Program-made: the position numbers and the translations under genes
Part shown: in pieces, positions 8,685 through 18,895 of the stretch
How positions within the stretch are numbered: position 1 is the first letter of the stretch
How the letters are laid out: the number at the start of each line of letters is the position of its first letter
Assembly (NCBI GenBank): GCA_043811535.1
Contig: JBDRNC010000028.1
Location: 64,001-128,000, forward strand
Source of the DNA: Elusimicrobiota bacterium
GTDB taxonomy: Bacteria > Elusimicrobiota > Endomicrobiia > Endomicrobiales > JBDRNC01
Direction of reading: 5' to 3'
Length of the DNA stretch: 64,000 nt
The notes under the pieces: generated by a model
What the model saw: only the letters and a program-made list of their open reading frames with translations
The model's database searches: none
What the model was told of the DNA's origin: nothing

Positions 8685-11600
8685 TTCTTTCAGAATTCTC
8701 AGTAAAAAAACCGGTCGCAACGATGATGCTTTACGTGGCGGTGTTCGTGCTTTCCATCGTCGCCCTCTCAAGGCTCGCGCTGGACATGTTTCCGGAAATG
8801 ACCTTCCCCACTATTTCCGTCATAACGCAGTATCCCGGGGCCGGGCCGCAGGAAGTCGAGCAGAAGATCACGAAAATACTCGAATCCCAGCTGGCCATCG
8901 CGCCGGACCTGAAAGAAATGACCTCTACGTCAAAAGAGAATGTCTCCGTCGTGAGTCTTTCTTTCGAGTGGGGCACGAACCTCGACGCCGCGACCAACGA
9001 CATCAGGGACCGCGTGGACGCCGCCATGAGAATGCTGCCCGACGACGTCGACAGGCCCACGATACTCAAGTTTGACATGAACCAGATACCCGTGCTTTTC
9101 GTCGCCGCCACGGCCGATGAGTCTCTCCCAAAAATCAAGACTATCCTTGACGAAAAAATAGCCGACCCGCTTAAAAGGATACCCGGCGTGGGCAACGTGA
9201 TGGTTTACAGCCCCATCGAGCGCCAGATAAACGTTGAAGTTGACAGGTTCGCGCTGCAGGCCCGGAAACTTGTCATATCCGACGTGGTCAACGCCCTGAA
9301 ATTAAACAACGTGACCTTCCCGGCTGGCACCATGAACGTCGCGAGCAAGGAATTCCTGCTGCGCGTGCCGGGCGAGTTCGAGAACATTTCCCAGATAGCC
9401 TCGATCCCCGTGGGAAATTTCGGCGGCAAGACCGTGTACTTGAAAGACGTCGCGGCGATAAACGACGGCTTCAAGGAGCAGACGGGCTTCATCCGCATCG
9501 ACAGGAAAAAAGGCGCCATGATTATTATCCAGAAAAAATCCAGCGCCAACACGGTGAAAGTCGCCGAAGCCGTGACAAAACGCCTTTCGGAACTGCAGAA
9601 AACGCTGCCGCAGGACATCAAGATATCAATACCTATGGACACGTCGCAGGACATAAAAAAGGTCATCGGCCACCTGACGGAAACTATCCTTATCGGCGGC
9701 GTGCTTGTCATACTCATAATGTTCCTTTTCCTTTCCAACGTAAGGGCCGCGGCGATTATTCTGGTGTCAATACCGACTTCCATCATAATATCGTTTTTGT
9801 TCCTTTATCTCATGGGTTACACGATAAACATAATCTCGCTTTCTTCCCTGGCGCTGGCCATCGGCATGGTTGTGGACGACTCCATAGTCGTTCTTGAAAA
9901 TATATTCAGGCACATGACCGAATACAAGAAGGACAGGCGGAAAGCCTCCATGGAGGCTCCGTCGGAAGTGGGGCTGGCCGTTTCGGCAAGCACATTAACG
10001 ACCATAATTGTTTTTCTCCCGCTCATTTTCGCGACCGGGATAGCGGGCGTGATGTTCAAGCAATTGGGAATGATAATCTCCGTTACGCTTTTATCGTCCC
10101 TCTTCGTTTCGCTCACGCTGATGCCCATGATGTCGTCCAGGTTCCTCAAGGTCACGGGAAACATAGAGGTTTTCGAGAAAGCTTTCCAATGGCTCGAACA
10201 TGAATATAAGGTGCTGTTGTCATGGGCGCTTGACCACAGGTGGAAGACGGTCATTATTCTCGGCTCAATACTCGTGGGAACGCTCATGCTGGTGCCCGTC
10301 GTAGGCACTGAGTTCTTTCCGGAGGAGGATTCCGGCCAGCTGGCCATCTCTTATGACATGCCCGTGGGAACGAACGTGCAAAAGACCGACGAGGTGATGG
10401 CAAAGTACGAAGATATAGTTGAGAAAACCGTCCCGGAAAGGATAGTATTTTTCTCAATGATCGGGCAGATGACTCAGGGAGGCGGCGGCAGCGACACGGG
10501 CTCCAACAAGGGAACCCTCAGGGGCATGCTGGTAGACAAGGATAAAAGAAAAAGAGGCATAAAGGAAATCAACGAGGCGCTCCGCAGGGAATTCAGCAAG
10601 GTGCCCGGGGCGACAAAATTGAATTTTGTGTCCGGCGACCCGATGTCGCAGAGGATGAGCGGCACGGGAAAACCCGTGGTCGTGGAGGTCTTTGGTTTTG
10701 ACTATGACGACGTAGGCAGCGTCTGCGCGCAGGTAAAGGAAGCGATGGAGTCCGTTAAAGGAATAACGGACGTCTCAGTATCCAGGGACATGGGCAAGCC
10801 CGAATACCGCATACTGATAGACAGGGATAAAATAACCGCGCTCGGCATCCCTGTATATACCGTCGCTGACACGCTTAACGCGTCGTTCGCCGGCAAAAGG
10901 GCGACTATCTACCGTGAAAAGGGAAATGAATACGACATTTTCGCCCGGTTCAAGGAAAGCGACAGGAAGGACATGACCGATATCGAAGGCGTGAACGTCC
11001 GCATTCCTTCCGGCGGACTGGTATCGCTTAAAAATTTCGTCAGGATAGAAAAAACCTACGGCCCCGTTGATATAACAAGAAAGGACCAGACAAGGGTCGT
11101 CAGGGTCGAGGCAAATATCTTCGGCCGTTCTCTCGGAAAAGTCACTTCCGACATACAGGACAAACTAAACAAGATTATCCTGCCGAGAGGCGTGTCAATG
11201 CAGTTCGGCGGTTCCATCAAGGAGCAGGCGGAATCCTTCAAGGATCTCTTCCTTGCCTTAATTCTCGGCATACTGCTTACGTACATGGTCTTGGCGGCGC
11301 AGTTTGAATCTCTCAAAGACCCGTTCATAATAACATTCTCCATACCGTTCGCTATAGTAGGCGTCATCTGGGGACTCCTGATAACGGGCATGACGCTCAA
11401 TGTGACCTCTTTCATCGGCGTGATAATGCTCGTTGGCATCGTTGTCAAGAACGCGATAGTCTTCATCGACTACACTATACAGCTGAGGGAAAAAGGCGTT
11501 CCGGTTTACGACGCCCTGCTTGAAAGCGGGCGCGTGAGGCTGCGCCCGATATTGATGACTTCGATGACTACTATGCTCGGCATGCTGCCGCTGGCGCTTT

Positions 11601-11752
11601 CGCGCGGGAGCGGCTCGGAATCATGGAACTCCCTGGGCGTCACGATAATATCGGGTCTTTCAGTGTCCATGTTCATAACGCTCCTTATCGTTCCCGTTAT
11701 ATACTCCCTGTTTGAAGATAAATCAAAACAACCGGTAAACATTAAACGTTGA
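8681..11752 (+). CDS. RND efflux permease (AcrB family)
   Basis: GMVVDDSIVVLENI, GIVVKNAI, RLRPILMT; ATG 8681 overlaps the MFP stop (ATGA). Confidence 0.95.
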   Translation: MILSEFSVKKPVATMMLYVAVFVLSIVALSRLALDMFPEMTFPTISVITQYPGAGPQEVEQKITKILESQLAIAPDLKEMTSTSKENVSVVSLSFEWGTNLDAATNDIRDRVDAAMRMLPDDVDRPTILKFDMNQIPVLFVAATADESLPKIKTILDEKIADPLKRIPGVGNVMVYSPIERQINVEVDRFALQARKLVISDVVNALKLNNVTFPAGTMNVASKEFLLRVPGEFENISQIASIPVGNFGGKTVYLKDVAAINDGFKEQTGFIRIDRKKGAMIIIQKKSSANTVKVAEAVTKRLSELQKTLPQDIKISIPMDTSQDIKKVIGHLTETILIGGVLVILIMFLFLSNVRAAAIILVSIPTSIIISFLFLYLMGYTINIISLSSLALAIGMVVDDSIVVLENIFRHMTEYKKDRRKASMEAPSEVGLAVSASTLTTIIVFLPLIFATGIAGVMFKQLGMIISVTLLSSLFVSLTLMPMMSSRFLKVTGNIEVFEKAFQWLEHEYKVLLSWALDHRWKTVIILGSILVGTLMLVPVVGTEFFPEEDSGQLAISYDMPVGTNVQKTDEVMAKYEDIVEKTVPERIVFFSMIGQMTQGGGGSDTGSNKGTLRGMLVDKDKRKRGIKEINEALRREFSKVPGATKLNFVSGDPMSQRMSGTGKPVVVEVFGFDYDDVGSVCAQVKEAMESVKGITDVSVSRDMGKPEYRILIDRDKITALGIPVYTVADTLNASFAGKRATIYREKGNEYDIFARFKESDRKDMTDIEGVNVRIPSGGLVSLKNFVRIEKTYGPVDITRKDQTRVVRVEANIFGRSLGKVTSDIQDKLNKIILPRGVSMQFGGSIKEQAESFKDLFLALILGILLTYMVLAAQFESLKDPFIITFSIPFAIVGVIWGLLITGMTLNVTSFIGVIMLVGIVVKNAIVFIDYTIQLREKGVPVYDALLESGRVRLRPILMTSMTTMLGMLPLALSRGSGSESWNSLGVTIISGLSVSMFITLLIVPVIYSLFEDKSKQPVNIKR

Positions 11753-11798
11753 ACGGAATGCTTTCATCCCTTGACTGCAAAACGGAATAGTAACGACG

Positions 11799-11849
11799 GT
11801 TCGAATGTTCCATAAATTCTGGAACAATGGAACATTTGAACATTGAAAC
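11799..11849. repeat. Inverted octamer array (GTTCSAWW / ATTGRAAC-like)
   Basis: GTTCGAAT GTTCCATA ... GGAAC AATGGAAC ATTTGAAC ATTGAAAC. Confidence 0.75.
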
Positions 11850-11878
11850 TATTTGTTTGGTTGTTTTGTCTAAATAAC

Positions 11879-13111
11879 ATGAAGAAATTTCAATTAATAT
11901 TGCTGTTTTTCCTGGCAGCGGCTGCCGCAGGCGCCGATGAATTGACATGGCAGGACGTGCTTGCCGAAGCGAAAGCGAAGAATCCTGCGCTTAAAAAATC
12001 GGAGGAATCGCTGAAACAGGCGCGTCTGGGCTATTACAGCGCGTATACCGATTTCCTGCCGAAACTTTCCGCGTCCGCAGGCACGTCGCAGTCAAAATCC
12101 GGCTCCTCTGACATGCAAAGGAATTATTCCTACGGGCTTTCCGGCTCGATCTCCCTTTTTTCCGGGTTTGCGGGCGTCGCGGGCCTCAAATCCAAGGAAA
12201 CGGCTCTCAGGATTTCCGAGGCGAATTACGCTAGGACTCTTGCCGATACCGTTTACCAGCTGAAAAACAGTTTTTTAAACCTTCTCTGGGCGCAGGAAAC
12301 GGCAAACCTTTCCAGCCAGATATTAAACAAGCGGAAAGAAAATTTTGAGATGGTGGAGCTGAAATATGATTCCGGCACTGAAGACAAGGGCTCCCTCATG
12401 CGCGTGGAAGCCGACAGGCTCCAGGCAGAGTTCGACCTTGACAAGGCCCGGCGCAATCTCAGATCGGCCTCGCTTCAGCTTGTCAAGGCAATCGGCAGGG
12501 ACGATTTTGAAATTGTCATAGTTACTGGAACCTTTGAAGTATCGGACCCGGGTTCTCCCGACCTGAAAGAGCTTGCCGAGAAAACTCCCGAATATACCGC
12601 CGCCAAACTCTCCGTTGAAAAGTCAAATTATGACCTTATCTCCGCGAGAAGCGGATTTTACCCCGACCTATCCTTGTCCGCCTCAACTTCAAAATCCGGC
12701 TCCGAGTGGGAGCCTCAAAACAGCGGCTGGAACCTGGGATTGTCACTGAGCTATTCTTTCTTCCCCGGAGGTAAAAATATTATTGACGCGAAAATTGCCA
12801 AATCCTCGAAGCTGGAATCCGAAGAATCGCTGAAACAGACGCGCCAACAGCTCGCCGTCAGCATAGATTCCGCACTTAACAGTTTTATCAATTCTGCCCG
12901 GAACGTCGCGGTTTCTGTCAAATATCTTAACGCCTCCGAAGAGCAGTCAAGGATCACGGCAACAAAATACATAAACGGGCTGGCGTCTTATCTTGAGTGG
13001 TACAGCGCCGAGAACGATCATATAAACTCGATGAGAAGCTTTTTAAATTCAAAACGCGACGCCGCGCTGCAGGAAGCCAATTTTAAGAAAGTCGCGGGAC
13101 AGGAAGAATAA
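11879..13111 (+). CDS. TolC-family outer membrane protein
   Basis: MKKFQLILL signal peptide; FLPKLSAS and FYPDLSLS OEP motifs. Confidence 0.88.
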   Translation: MKKFQLILLFFLAAAAAGADELTWQDVLAEAKAKNPALKKSEESLKQARLGYYSAYTDFLPKLSASAGTSQSKSGSSDMQRNYSYGLSGSISLFSGFAGVAGLKSKETALRISEANYARTLADTVYQLKNSFLNLLWAQETANLSSQILNKRKENFEMVELKYDSGTEDKGSLMRVEADRLQAEFDLDKARRNLRSASLQLVKAIGRDDFEIVIVTGTFEVSDPGSPDLKELAEKTPEYTAAKLSVEKSNYDLISARSGFYPDLSLSASTSKSGSEWEPQNSGWNLGLSLSYSFFPGGKNIIDAKIAKSSKLESEESLKQTRQQLAVSIDSALNSFINSARNVAVSVKYLNASEEQSRITATKYINGLASYLEWYSAENDHINSMRSFLNSKRDAALQEANFKKVAGQEE

Positions 13112-13187
13112 AATACGACAGAACTGCAAAAACAGAACTGATAAACCAGATAACAAGAAAAAACATGCGACATTTACGGAGGACTGA

Positions 13188-14141
13188 GTGAAAAAAACCA
13201 TTATTATCGTTACTGTCGCTGCGCTTGTCGCGGCCGCCGCGTTTTTCCTGATTAAAGGCAAGGAAAAAGAGACGTTATTTGAGATTAATCCTTTCCGCGG
13301 AGAGATTGCGCTTGAATTCAGGCTTGACGGCGACGTCAGCCCGAGGAACCGCCTTGAAATAAAGCCCCAGGTATCCGGACGCATAGAGGATGTGCTTGTT
13401 GTTGAGGGCCAGAAGGTAAAAAAAGGCGATATCCTCGCGTGGATGAGCTCTTCCGACCGCGCGTCGCTTCTTGACGCGGCGCGTTCCAAGGGCGCGGAAG
13501 AACTGAAAAAATGGGAAGATATCTATAAACCGACTCCCATCATCACGCCCCTTGACGGCTTCATAATCGACAGGAGCAAAGAACCCGGACAGACGGTGGC
13601 GATGAGCGAGGTTATTCTCGTCATGGCCGATCAGCTGATACTTCAGGCGAACGTGGACGAAACCGACCTTCGCTACATTCATATCGGCCAGAACGTGAAA
13701 ATAGTGCTCGATGCCTATCCCGACAGGAAATTCCCCGGAGTAATAGAACATATAGCCTACGAATCCACCGTCATCAACAACGTCACGGTCTACCAGGTAA
13801 AAATTCTTCCGAAAGACGTCCCGCCGAGTTTCCGCGCCGGCATGTCGGCCACGATAGAAGTCGTATCCCAGAAAAAAGATAACGCGCTCCTGCTCCCCGC
13901 CGGCGCTATCACCACTAAAGACAATAACAGTTTCGTGACAGTCAGGAAAGGCAAGACCGAAAAAACAGGGCTGCAGAAAGTCGAGACCGGAATTTCTAAC
14001 GGCAAAAATATCGAGATACTTTCAGGCGTGACCGAACAGGACCTCGTGGTCGTGCCCAAGCAGGATTACCAGAATCAGCATTCAATGCAGATGCGCGGCG
14101 GAATAGGCGGCCTGTTCGGCGGCGGCGGACGCGGCAGATAA
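13188..14141 (+). CDS. macA: MacA-like membrane fusion protein
   Basis: SGRIEDVLVVEGQKVKKGD, VDETDL, FRAGMSA; directly upstream of MacB. Confidence 0.8.
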   Translation: MKKTIIIVTVAALVAAAAFFLIKGKEKETLFEINPFRGEIALEFRLDGDVSPRNRLEIKPQVSGRIEDVLVVEGQKVKKGDILAWMSSSDRASLLDAARSKGAEELKKWEDIYKPTPIITPLDGFIIDRSKEPGQTVAMSEVILVMADQLILQANVDETDLRYIHIGQNVKIVLDAYPDRKFPGVIEHIAYESTVINNVTVYQVKILPKDVPPSFRAGMSATIEVVSQKKDNALLLPAGAITTKDNNSFVTVRKGKTEKTGLQKVETGISNGKNIEILSGVTEQDLVVVPKQDYQNQHSMQMRGGIGGLFGGGGRGR

Positions 14142-14151
14142 TAACGGCAGT

Positions 14152-14243
14152 AATTAGTGATTGGCAATTAGCAATTAATAAAGACAAACATATCAATTAA
14201 TAGTTGAAAAATACTAATCGCAAATTGCTAATGGCTAATTGCT
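14152..14243. repeat. Inverted heptamer array (AATTAGC / GCTAATT family)
   Basis: aattagt gattggc aattagc aattaat aaagac ... ctaatcg caaattg ctaatgg ctaattg. Confidence 0.88.
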
Positions 14244-14250
14244 GAAAATT

Positions 14251-16227
14251 ATGAATATTATTGAACTCAAGGATATCACCAAGACATATTACATGGGCGC
14301 GCTGGACGTTCCTGTCCTGCATGGCATCTCCCTTAATATCCAGCAGGGCGAATTCATCGCCATAATGGGGCCCTCGGGTAGCGGAAAATCCACGCTTCTT
14401 CACATACTCGGCCTCCTTGACAAACCGTCGGGGGGCTCTTTCGTTCTCGCCAACCAGGAAACCGCCAACCTGTCGGATTCCCAACTGGCAACTATCAGGA
14501 ACGGTTTTCTCGGATTCATTTTCCAGAGTTTCAATCTCCTCCCAAGGATGTCCGCTCTGGAAAACGTTTTGATGCCGCTTGTTTATTCCGATGACAGAAA
14601 AGCAAAAACGGGCGGCGGGAAAAAAGCACTGGAATTGCTTGAAAAAGTCGGGCTGAAAGACAGGATAGCGCACAAGCCCAACGAACTTTCCGGGGGCCAG
14701 CAGCAGAGAGTGGCTATAGCCCGTTCGTTAATAAATAATCCCTCTATAATAATGGCTGACGAACCGACCGGCAATCTTGACAGTAAATCAGCATTTGAGA
14801 TAATAGAAATCCTGAAAAAACTTAACGACTCCGGCATAACCATAGTGATGGTGACGCACGAGCCGGACCTTGCCCAGGCCGCTAAAAGGATAATCCGCCT
14901 GCAGGACGGGCTTGTTATCGCCGATGAAACCGTGACAAAGCACGTCGTTCCAAAGCATCCGGAAAAAACCTCGGGCATCAACGGCTCCGTCGTCCACAAA
15001 ATCTTCAATTTCAGAAGGGTCAGGGATTATTTCGTCCAGGCGATACGCGCGCTTTTTTCTAATAAAACGCGCTCGCTGCTTTCCATACTCGGCGTACTCA
15101 TAGGCGTCACGGGCCTAATCGCGATGCTCGCGCTGGGCCAGGGGGCCCAGGAAGCGACGCGCAAGCAGATGGCAAACCTCGGCTCCAACATACTGATGAT
15201 ATCCCCGGGCTCTCCTTCAATGGGCGGTATATCCATGGAAAGCGGCTCAAGGATACGGTTCACGCTTGAAGACGCCGACGCGGTTAAAAGAAACGTTAAC
15301 GGCATTTCATACGTATCCCCCTATTCTTCCGGGCGCGGACAGGTCGTTTTCGGCTCAAAGAACCGGAACACGCGCATAGAAGGGACTTCCCCCGACTACC
15401 AGTACATGAAAAACGCAAAACCGGCGCGGGGAAGGTTCTTTACCGCGAACGAAACGATAAGCCGCGCCAAGGTCGCAGTTGTGGGACAGACTATCGTCGA
15501 TGAAATCTTCGGAGAAAAAGACCCGCTTGGCGAGTTCATCAAGATCAATCGCATTGATTTTCAGGTTATCGGCGTTCTGCCGGTAAAAGGCTCTTCCGGG
15601 TGGCGCAACGAGGACGACAAGATAAACATACCTGTCAATACCGCCATGTACCGCGTGTTCGGCAAGCCGTATATCGACTCGATGGACGTTCAGGTCTCCG
15701 ACGCTAACCTCATGGACCAGGCAAGCTACGACATCACGCAGCTGCTTCTCCGCCTTCACCGCCTCTCTCCGGCAAGAACTGAATCTATAAACATCCACAA
15801 CATGGCCGATATACAGGCGACCGTCGCCGCCACAATGAAGACGTTCTCTTTCCTGCTCGGCGGAATAGCGTTCATCAGCCTGCTTGTCGGCGGAATAGGC
15901 ATAATGAACATCATGCTGGTTTCCGTCACAGAAAGGACTAAAGAAATCGGCCTGCGCAAAGCGGTCGGCGCGAATAATAATGATATAATGTTCCAGTTCG
16001 TCATAGAATCGGTCGCAATATGCGTGCTCGGAGGCATTATAGGGATCCTTTTAGGCTCGGGAATATCGGTACTGCTCGCGGTCTTCGCGGGCTGGAAAAC
16101 CGTCGTTACAATGCCGTCCGTCCTGCTAGCTTTTACATTTTCCGCGCTCATAGGGCTGGTCTTCGGCACCTGGCCCGCCAAGAAGGCGTCGCAATTGAAT
16201 CCGATAGAAGCGCTTCGTTACGAATAA
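14251..16227 (+). CDS. macB: MacB-type ABC transporter (fused ATPase + permease)
   Basis: GPSGSGKST, LSGGQQQR, ADEPTGNLD, GGIGIMNIMLVSVTERTKEIG, LNPIEALRYE. Confidence 0.93.
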   Translation: MNIIELKDITKTYYMGALDVPVLHGISLNIQQGEFIAIMGPSGSGKSTLLHILGLLDKPSGGSFVLANQETANLSDSQLATIRNGFLGFIFQSFNLLPRMSALENVLMPLVYSDDRKAKTGGGKKALELLEKVGLKDRIAHKPNELSGGQQQRVAIARSLINNPSIIMADEPTGNLDSKSAFEIIEILKKLNDSGITIVMVTHEPDLAQAAKRIIRLQDGLVIADETVTKHVVPKHPEKTSGINGSVVHKIFNFRRVRDYFVQAIRALFSNKTRSLLSILGVLIGVTGLIAMLALGQGAQEATRKQMANLGSNILMISPGSPSMGGISMESGSRIRFTLEDADAVKRNVNGISYVSPYSSGRGQVVFGSKNRNTRIEGTSPDYQYMKNAKPARGRFFTANETISRAKVAVVGQTIVDEIFGEKDPLGEFIKINRIDFQVIGVLPVKGSSGWRNEDDKINIPVNTAMYRVFGKPYIDSMDVQVSDANLMDQASYDITQLLLRLHRLSPARTESINIHNMADIQATVAATMKTFSFLLGGIAFISLLVGGIGIMNIMLVSVTERTKEIGLRKAVGANNNDIMFQFVIESVAICVLGGIIGILLGSGISVLLAVFAGWKTVVTMPSVLLAFTFSALIGLVFGTWPAKKASQLNPIEALRYE

Positions 16228-16240
16228 ATTCGGGACTAGT

Positions 16241-16307
16241 ATCTCGCATCTCGTATCTCGCAAAAACAAACCACGAACGACGAGATGCGATGAACGAGAT
16301 ACGATAT
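16241..16307. repeat. Inverted heptamer array (ATCTCGY / RCGAGAT)
   Basis: ATCTCGC ATCTCGT ATCTCGC aaaaac ... ACGAGAT GCGATGA ACGAGAT ACGATAT. Confidence 0.88.
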
Positions 16308-16311
16308 TTAA

Positions 16312-17520
16312 ATGAACCATCTATTAAAATCCTTCAGCCAGAGAAACTACCGGCTGTTTTTTTTCAGCGGCGCTGTTTCGCTCACGGGCGCGTGGATGCA
16401 GATGACCGCCATGCCCTGGCTGGTTTACCGCCTCACGAATTCCGCCCTGATACTGGGCCTGATAGGGTTCCTGAGCCAGATATTTATCCTTCTGCTATCG
16501 CCGGTGGCCGGAACTATCGCCGACCACTATGACAAGAAAAAACTGCTTACTCTGACACAGACTCTCGCGATGGTCCAGGCACTCATTCTCGCGGCGCTCG
16601 TTCTGTCCGGAACTGTCAGGCTCTGGCATATAATCGTGCTTGCAACCTTGCTGGGGCTGATAAACGCTTTTGACATGCCGATAAGGCAGTCATTTGTCGT
16701 ACAGCTTGTCGGCAGGGAAAACCTGATGAACGCGATAGGCCTTAACTCCTTTCTTTTCAACGGAGCGCGCATAGTCGGCCCCGCGATAGCCGGAATAATA
16801 ATCGCGGGAGCAGGCGAAGGCATGTGTTTTCTGATAAACGGACTGAGTTTTATCGCCGTTATTGCCGCTTTGTTCTTTATAAAACCCCTGCCCATGCGGA
16901 ACAGCGCAGACAATCAGGGGATTTTCGATAAGTTTATATCGGGTTTTAAATATGTGAGGCACTCCGCGGATATACTCCCCCTGCTTGTGCTTCTTTCAAT
17001 AACCGGCCTTACGGGCATGTTCCCGATGATTCTCATGCCCGTCATAATAAAGGACATCTTCATGATGGATGCTTCGGGCCTCGGGCTTTTTATGTCCGCA
17101 ATGGGAGTCGGCGCTTTGATAGGCACGGTTAAAGTCGCGTCAAGAAAATCGATGGACAGGATAAAAAACTCCATCTTTACGGCGGCCGTGGCTTTTGCCG
17201 CGCTGATAACGGCGTTCGCTTTCGTTGATTTTGTCCCTATCGCGCTCATTCTGCTCGTGGCCATGGGTTATTTCATCTCGACTCAGATGGCGCTGACAAA
17301 CACTTTCGTTCAGATGGCCGTAACGGACGAGATGCGCGGAAGGGTCATGGGATTTTTCGTGACCGCTTTCATGGGATTCGCGCCGATAGGCAGTTTATTC
17401 GCCGGGGCGCTCGCGCATTCCTTCGGGGCGCCGGCCACGATGGCGTCAGGCGGTGTCATTAGCGTGGCGGCTGCGTTCATGCTTCGGAAAAGAATATTTA
17501 AGTATGAAGTGAAAATATAA
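16312..17520 (+). CDS. MFS transporter
   Basis: NAFDMPIRQSFV, FNGARIVGPAIAG, DEMRGRVMG; about 12 hydrophobic segments. Confidence 0.9.
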   Translation: MNHLLKSFSQRNYRLFFFSGAVSLTGAWMQMTAMPWLVYRLTNSALILGLIGFLSQIFILLLSPVAGTIADHYDKKKLLTLTQTLAMVQALILAALVLSGTVRLWHIIVLATLLGLINAFDMPIRQSFVVQLVGRENLMNAIGLNSFLFNGARIVGPAIAGIIIAGAGEGMCFLINGLSFIAVIAALFFIKPLPMRNSADNQGIFDKFISGFKYVRHSADILPLLVLLSITGLTGMFPMILMPVIIKDIFMMDASGLGLFMSAMGVGALIGTVKVASRKSMDRIKNSIFTAAVAFAALITAFAFVDFVPIALILLVAMGYFISTQMALTNTFVQMAVTDEMRGRVMGFFVTAFMGFAPIGSLFAGALAHSFGAPATMASGGVISVAAAFMLRKRIFKYEVKI

Positions 17521-17521
17521 A

Positions 17522-17650
17522 CACTAATTTCTAAATACTAAATAAATCTAAAATAACAAATTCAAATTTCAAATATAGACAATGTATTATTATTTAAATA
17601 TTAGTATTTTGAATTTATTAGTATTTAGTGTTTTAAGCTTAGTATTTGTT
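17522..17650. repeat. AT-rich inverted heptamer array (CTAAATA / TATTTAG family)
   Basis: ctaattt ctaaata ctaaata ... ttagtat ttagtgt tttaagc ttagtat; related to 56645-56756. Confidence 0.75.
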
Positions 17651-17658
17651 TTATTATT

Positions 17659-18786
17659 ATGCATAAACCTCATTTTTTCATCATCTTCATAGCGATTGCC
17701 TCGTCCATATACGTGGCTCTGCATTACTACGTCTACAGCCGGATATCGTCAGGCCTCGGGATGACGCCCCAGCAGTCTCTGATTTTCAAGATGTTCATTT
17801 ATTTCGGCGCTGTTTCGTTCTTTGCTTCCGAGTTCTTCTCAAGGCGCGTCACAGGCCAGTGGGCCGAGGTCGTCTCCTGGGCGGGTTTTGTCTGGCTCGG
17901 AATTATTTCCATCGCCTTTACTGTCCTTATTCTCCGCGACATTTCCCTGATATTCTTCCATTCAAACGGCTTTAAACATATATCTGCGTTAATTGCCTTG
18001 TCTTTAATCTGTTTAATCAGCGTTTATTCATTATGGAACGGCGGTAGGGCGCCGGTTGTCAAAACATTAGAGGTCAAGACCGCGAAACTCCCCGCAAAAC
18101 TTAACGGATTCACTGTTGTCCAGCTGTCAGACCTGCACATAGACCTTCAAACACCGCTTTGGTGGGTAAAGGATGTGGTAAAGCGCGCTAACGAGCTCAA
18201 CCCGGACCTTATTGTCATAACAGGCGACATCATTGACGCGGATCTTTTCAGAAAGAAAGAATATCTGCTTGCCCTGCAGGAACTGAAGGCCAAACACGGC
18301 GTAATCGCGACTACAGGCAATCATGAATTTTACGTCGGCGTTGAAAAATTCATGCAGGTCGCCGCCTATACGGGAATGACCGCTTTAAGAGGCGAAAGCG
18401 TGACCGTCGCCGACGGCATCGTTATTGTCACGGGTATTGACGATACGGAAGCCGAAAGGTTTGACAAGGCGAAACGAAGCCTGAAAAAAGCCCTCTATTA
18501 CCCGGAACTGGACAGGACAAAACCAATAATCCTGCTCTCGCACAGGCCGGATATATTTGACGAAGCGGTTGTCGAAGGCATTGATCTCACGCTTTCCGGC
18601 CACACCCACTGGGGGCAAATACCGCCGGCTGATTTGTTTGTCACATTATTCGAGAAATACTCCGTGGGCTATCACAAAAAAGGCGACTCCGTCATCTATA
18701 CAACCTCGGGAACCGGCACGTGGGGCCCGCCGATGCGGTTGTTTTCGCGGAACGAAATTGTTAAAATTGTACTGAAAAATAAGTAA
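17659..18786 (+). CDS. Membrane-anchored metallophosphoesterase (YkuE-like)
   Basis: SDLH, TGDIID, GNHE, LSHRPD, GHTHWGQ after about 4 N-terminal TM helices. Confidence 0.9.
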   Translation: MHKPHFFIIFIAIASSIYVALHYYVYSRISSGLGMTPQQSLIFKMFIYFGAVSFFASEFFSRRVTGQWAEVVSWAGFVWLGIISIAFTVLILRDISLIFFHSNGFKHISALIALSLICLISVYSLWNGGRAPVVKTLEVKTAKLPAKLNGFTVVQLSDLHIDLQTPLWWVKDVVKRANELNPDLIVITGDIIDADLFRKKEYLLALQELKAKHGVIATTGNHEFYVGVEKFMQVAAYTGMTALRGESVTVADGIVIVTGIDDTEAERFDKAKRSLKKALYYPELDRTKPIILLSHRPDIFDEAVVEGIDLTLSGHTHWGQIPPADLFVTLFEKYSVGYHKKGDSVIYTTSGTGTWGPPMRLFSRNEIVKIVLKNK

Positions 18787-18791
18787 AAGGC

Positions 18792-18893
18792 ATGGCTAAA
18801 TAGCTTAATTGCTAAATTGCCAAAGACTTTAACCATTTAGCCATTCAGCAGTTTAGCCATGGTGTTATAATTTATTAGCCATATAGCAATTTA
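18792..18893. repeat. Inverted octamer array (ATGGCTAA family), near-identical inverted copy at 63358-63444
   Basis: atggctaa atagctta attgctaa attgccaa agac tttaacca tttagcca ttcagcag tttagcca. Confidence 0.9.
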
Positions 18894-18895
18894 AT

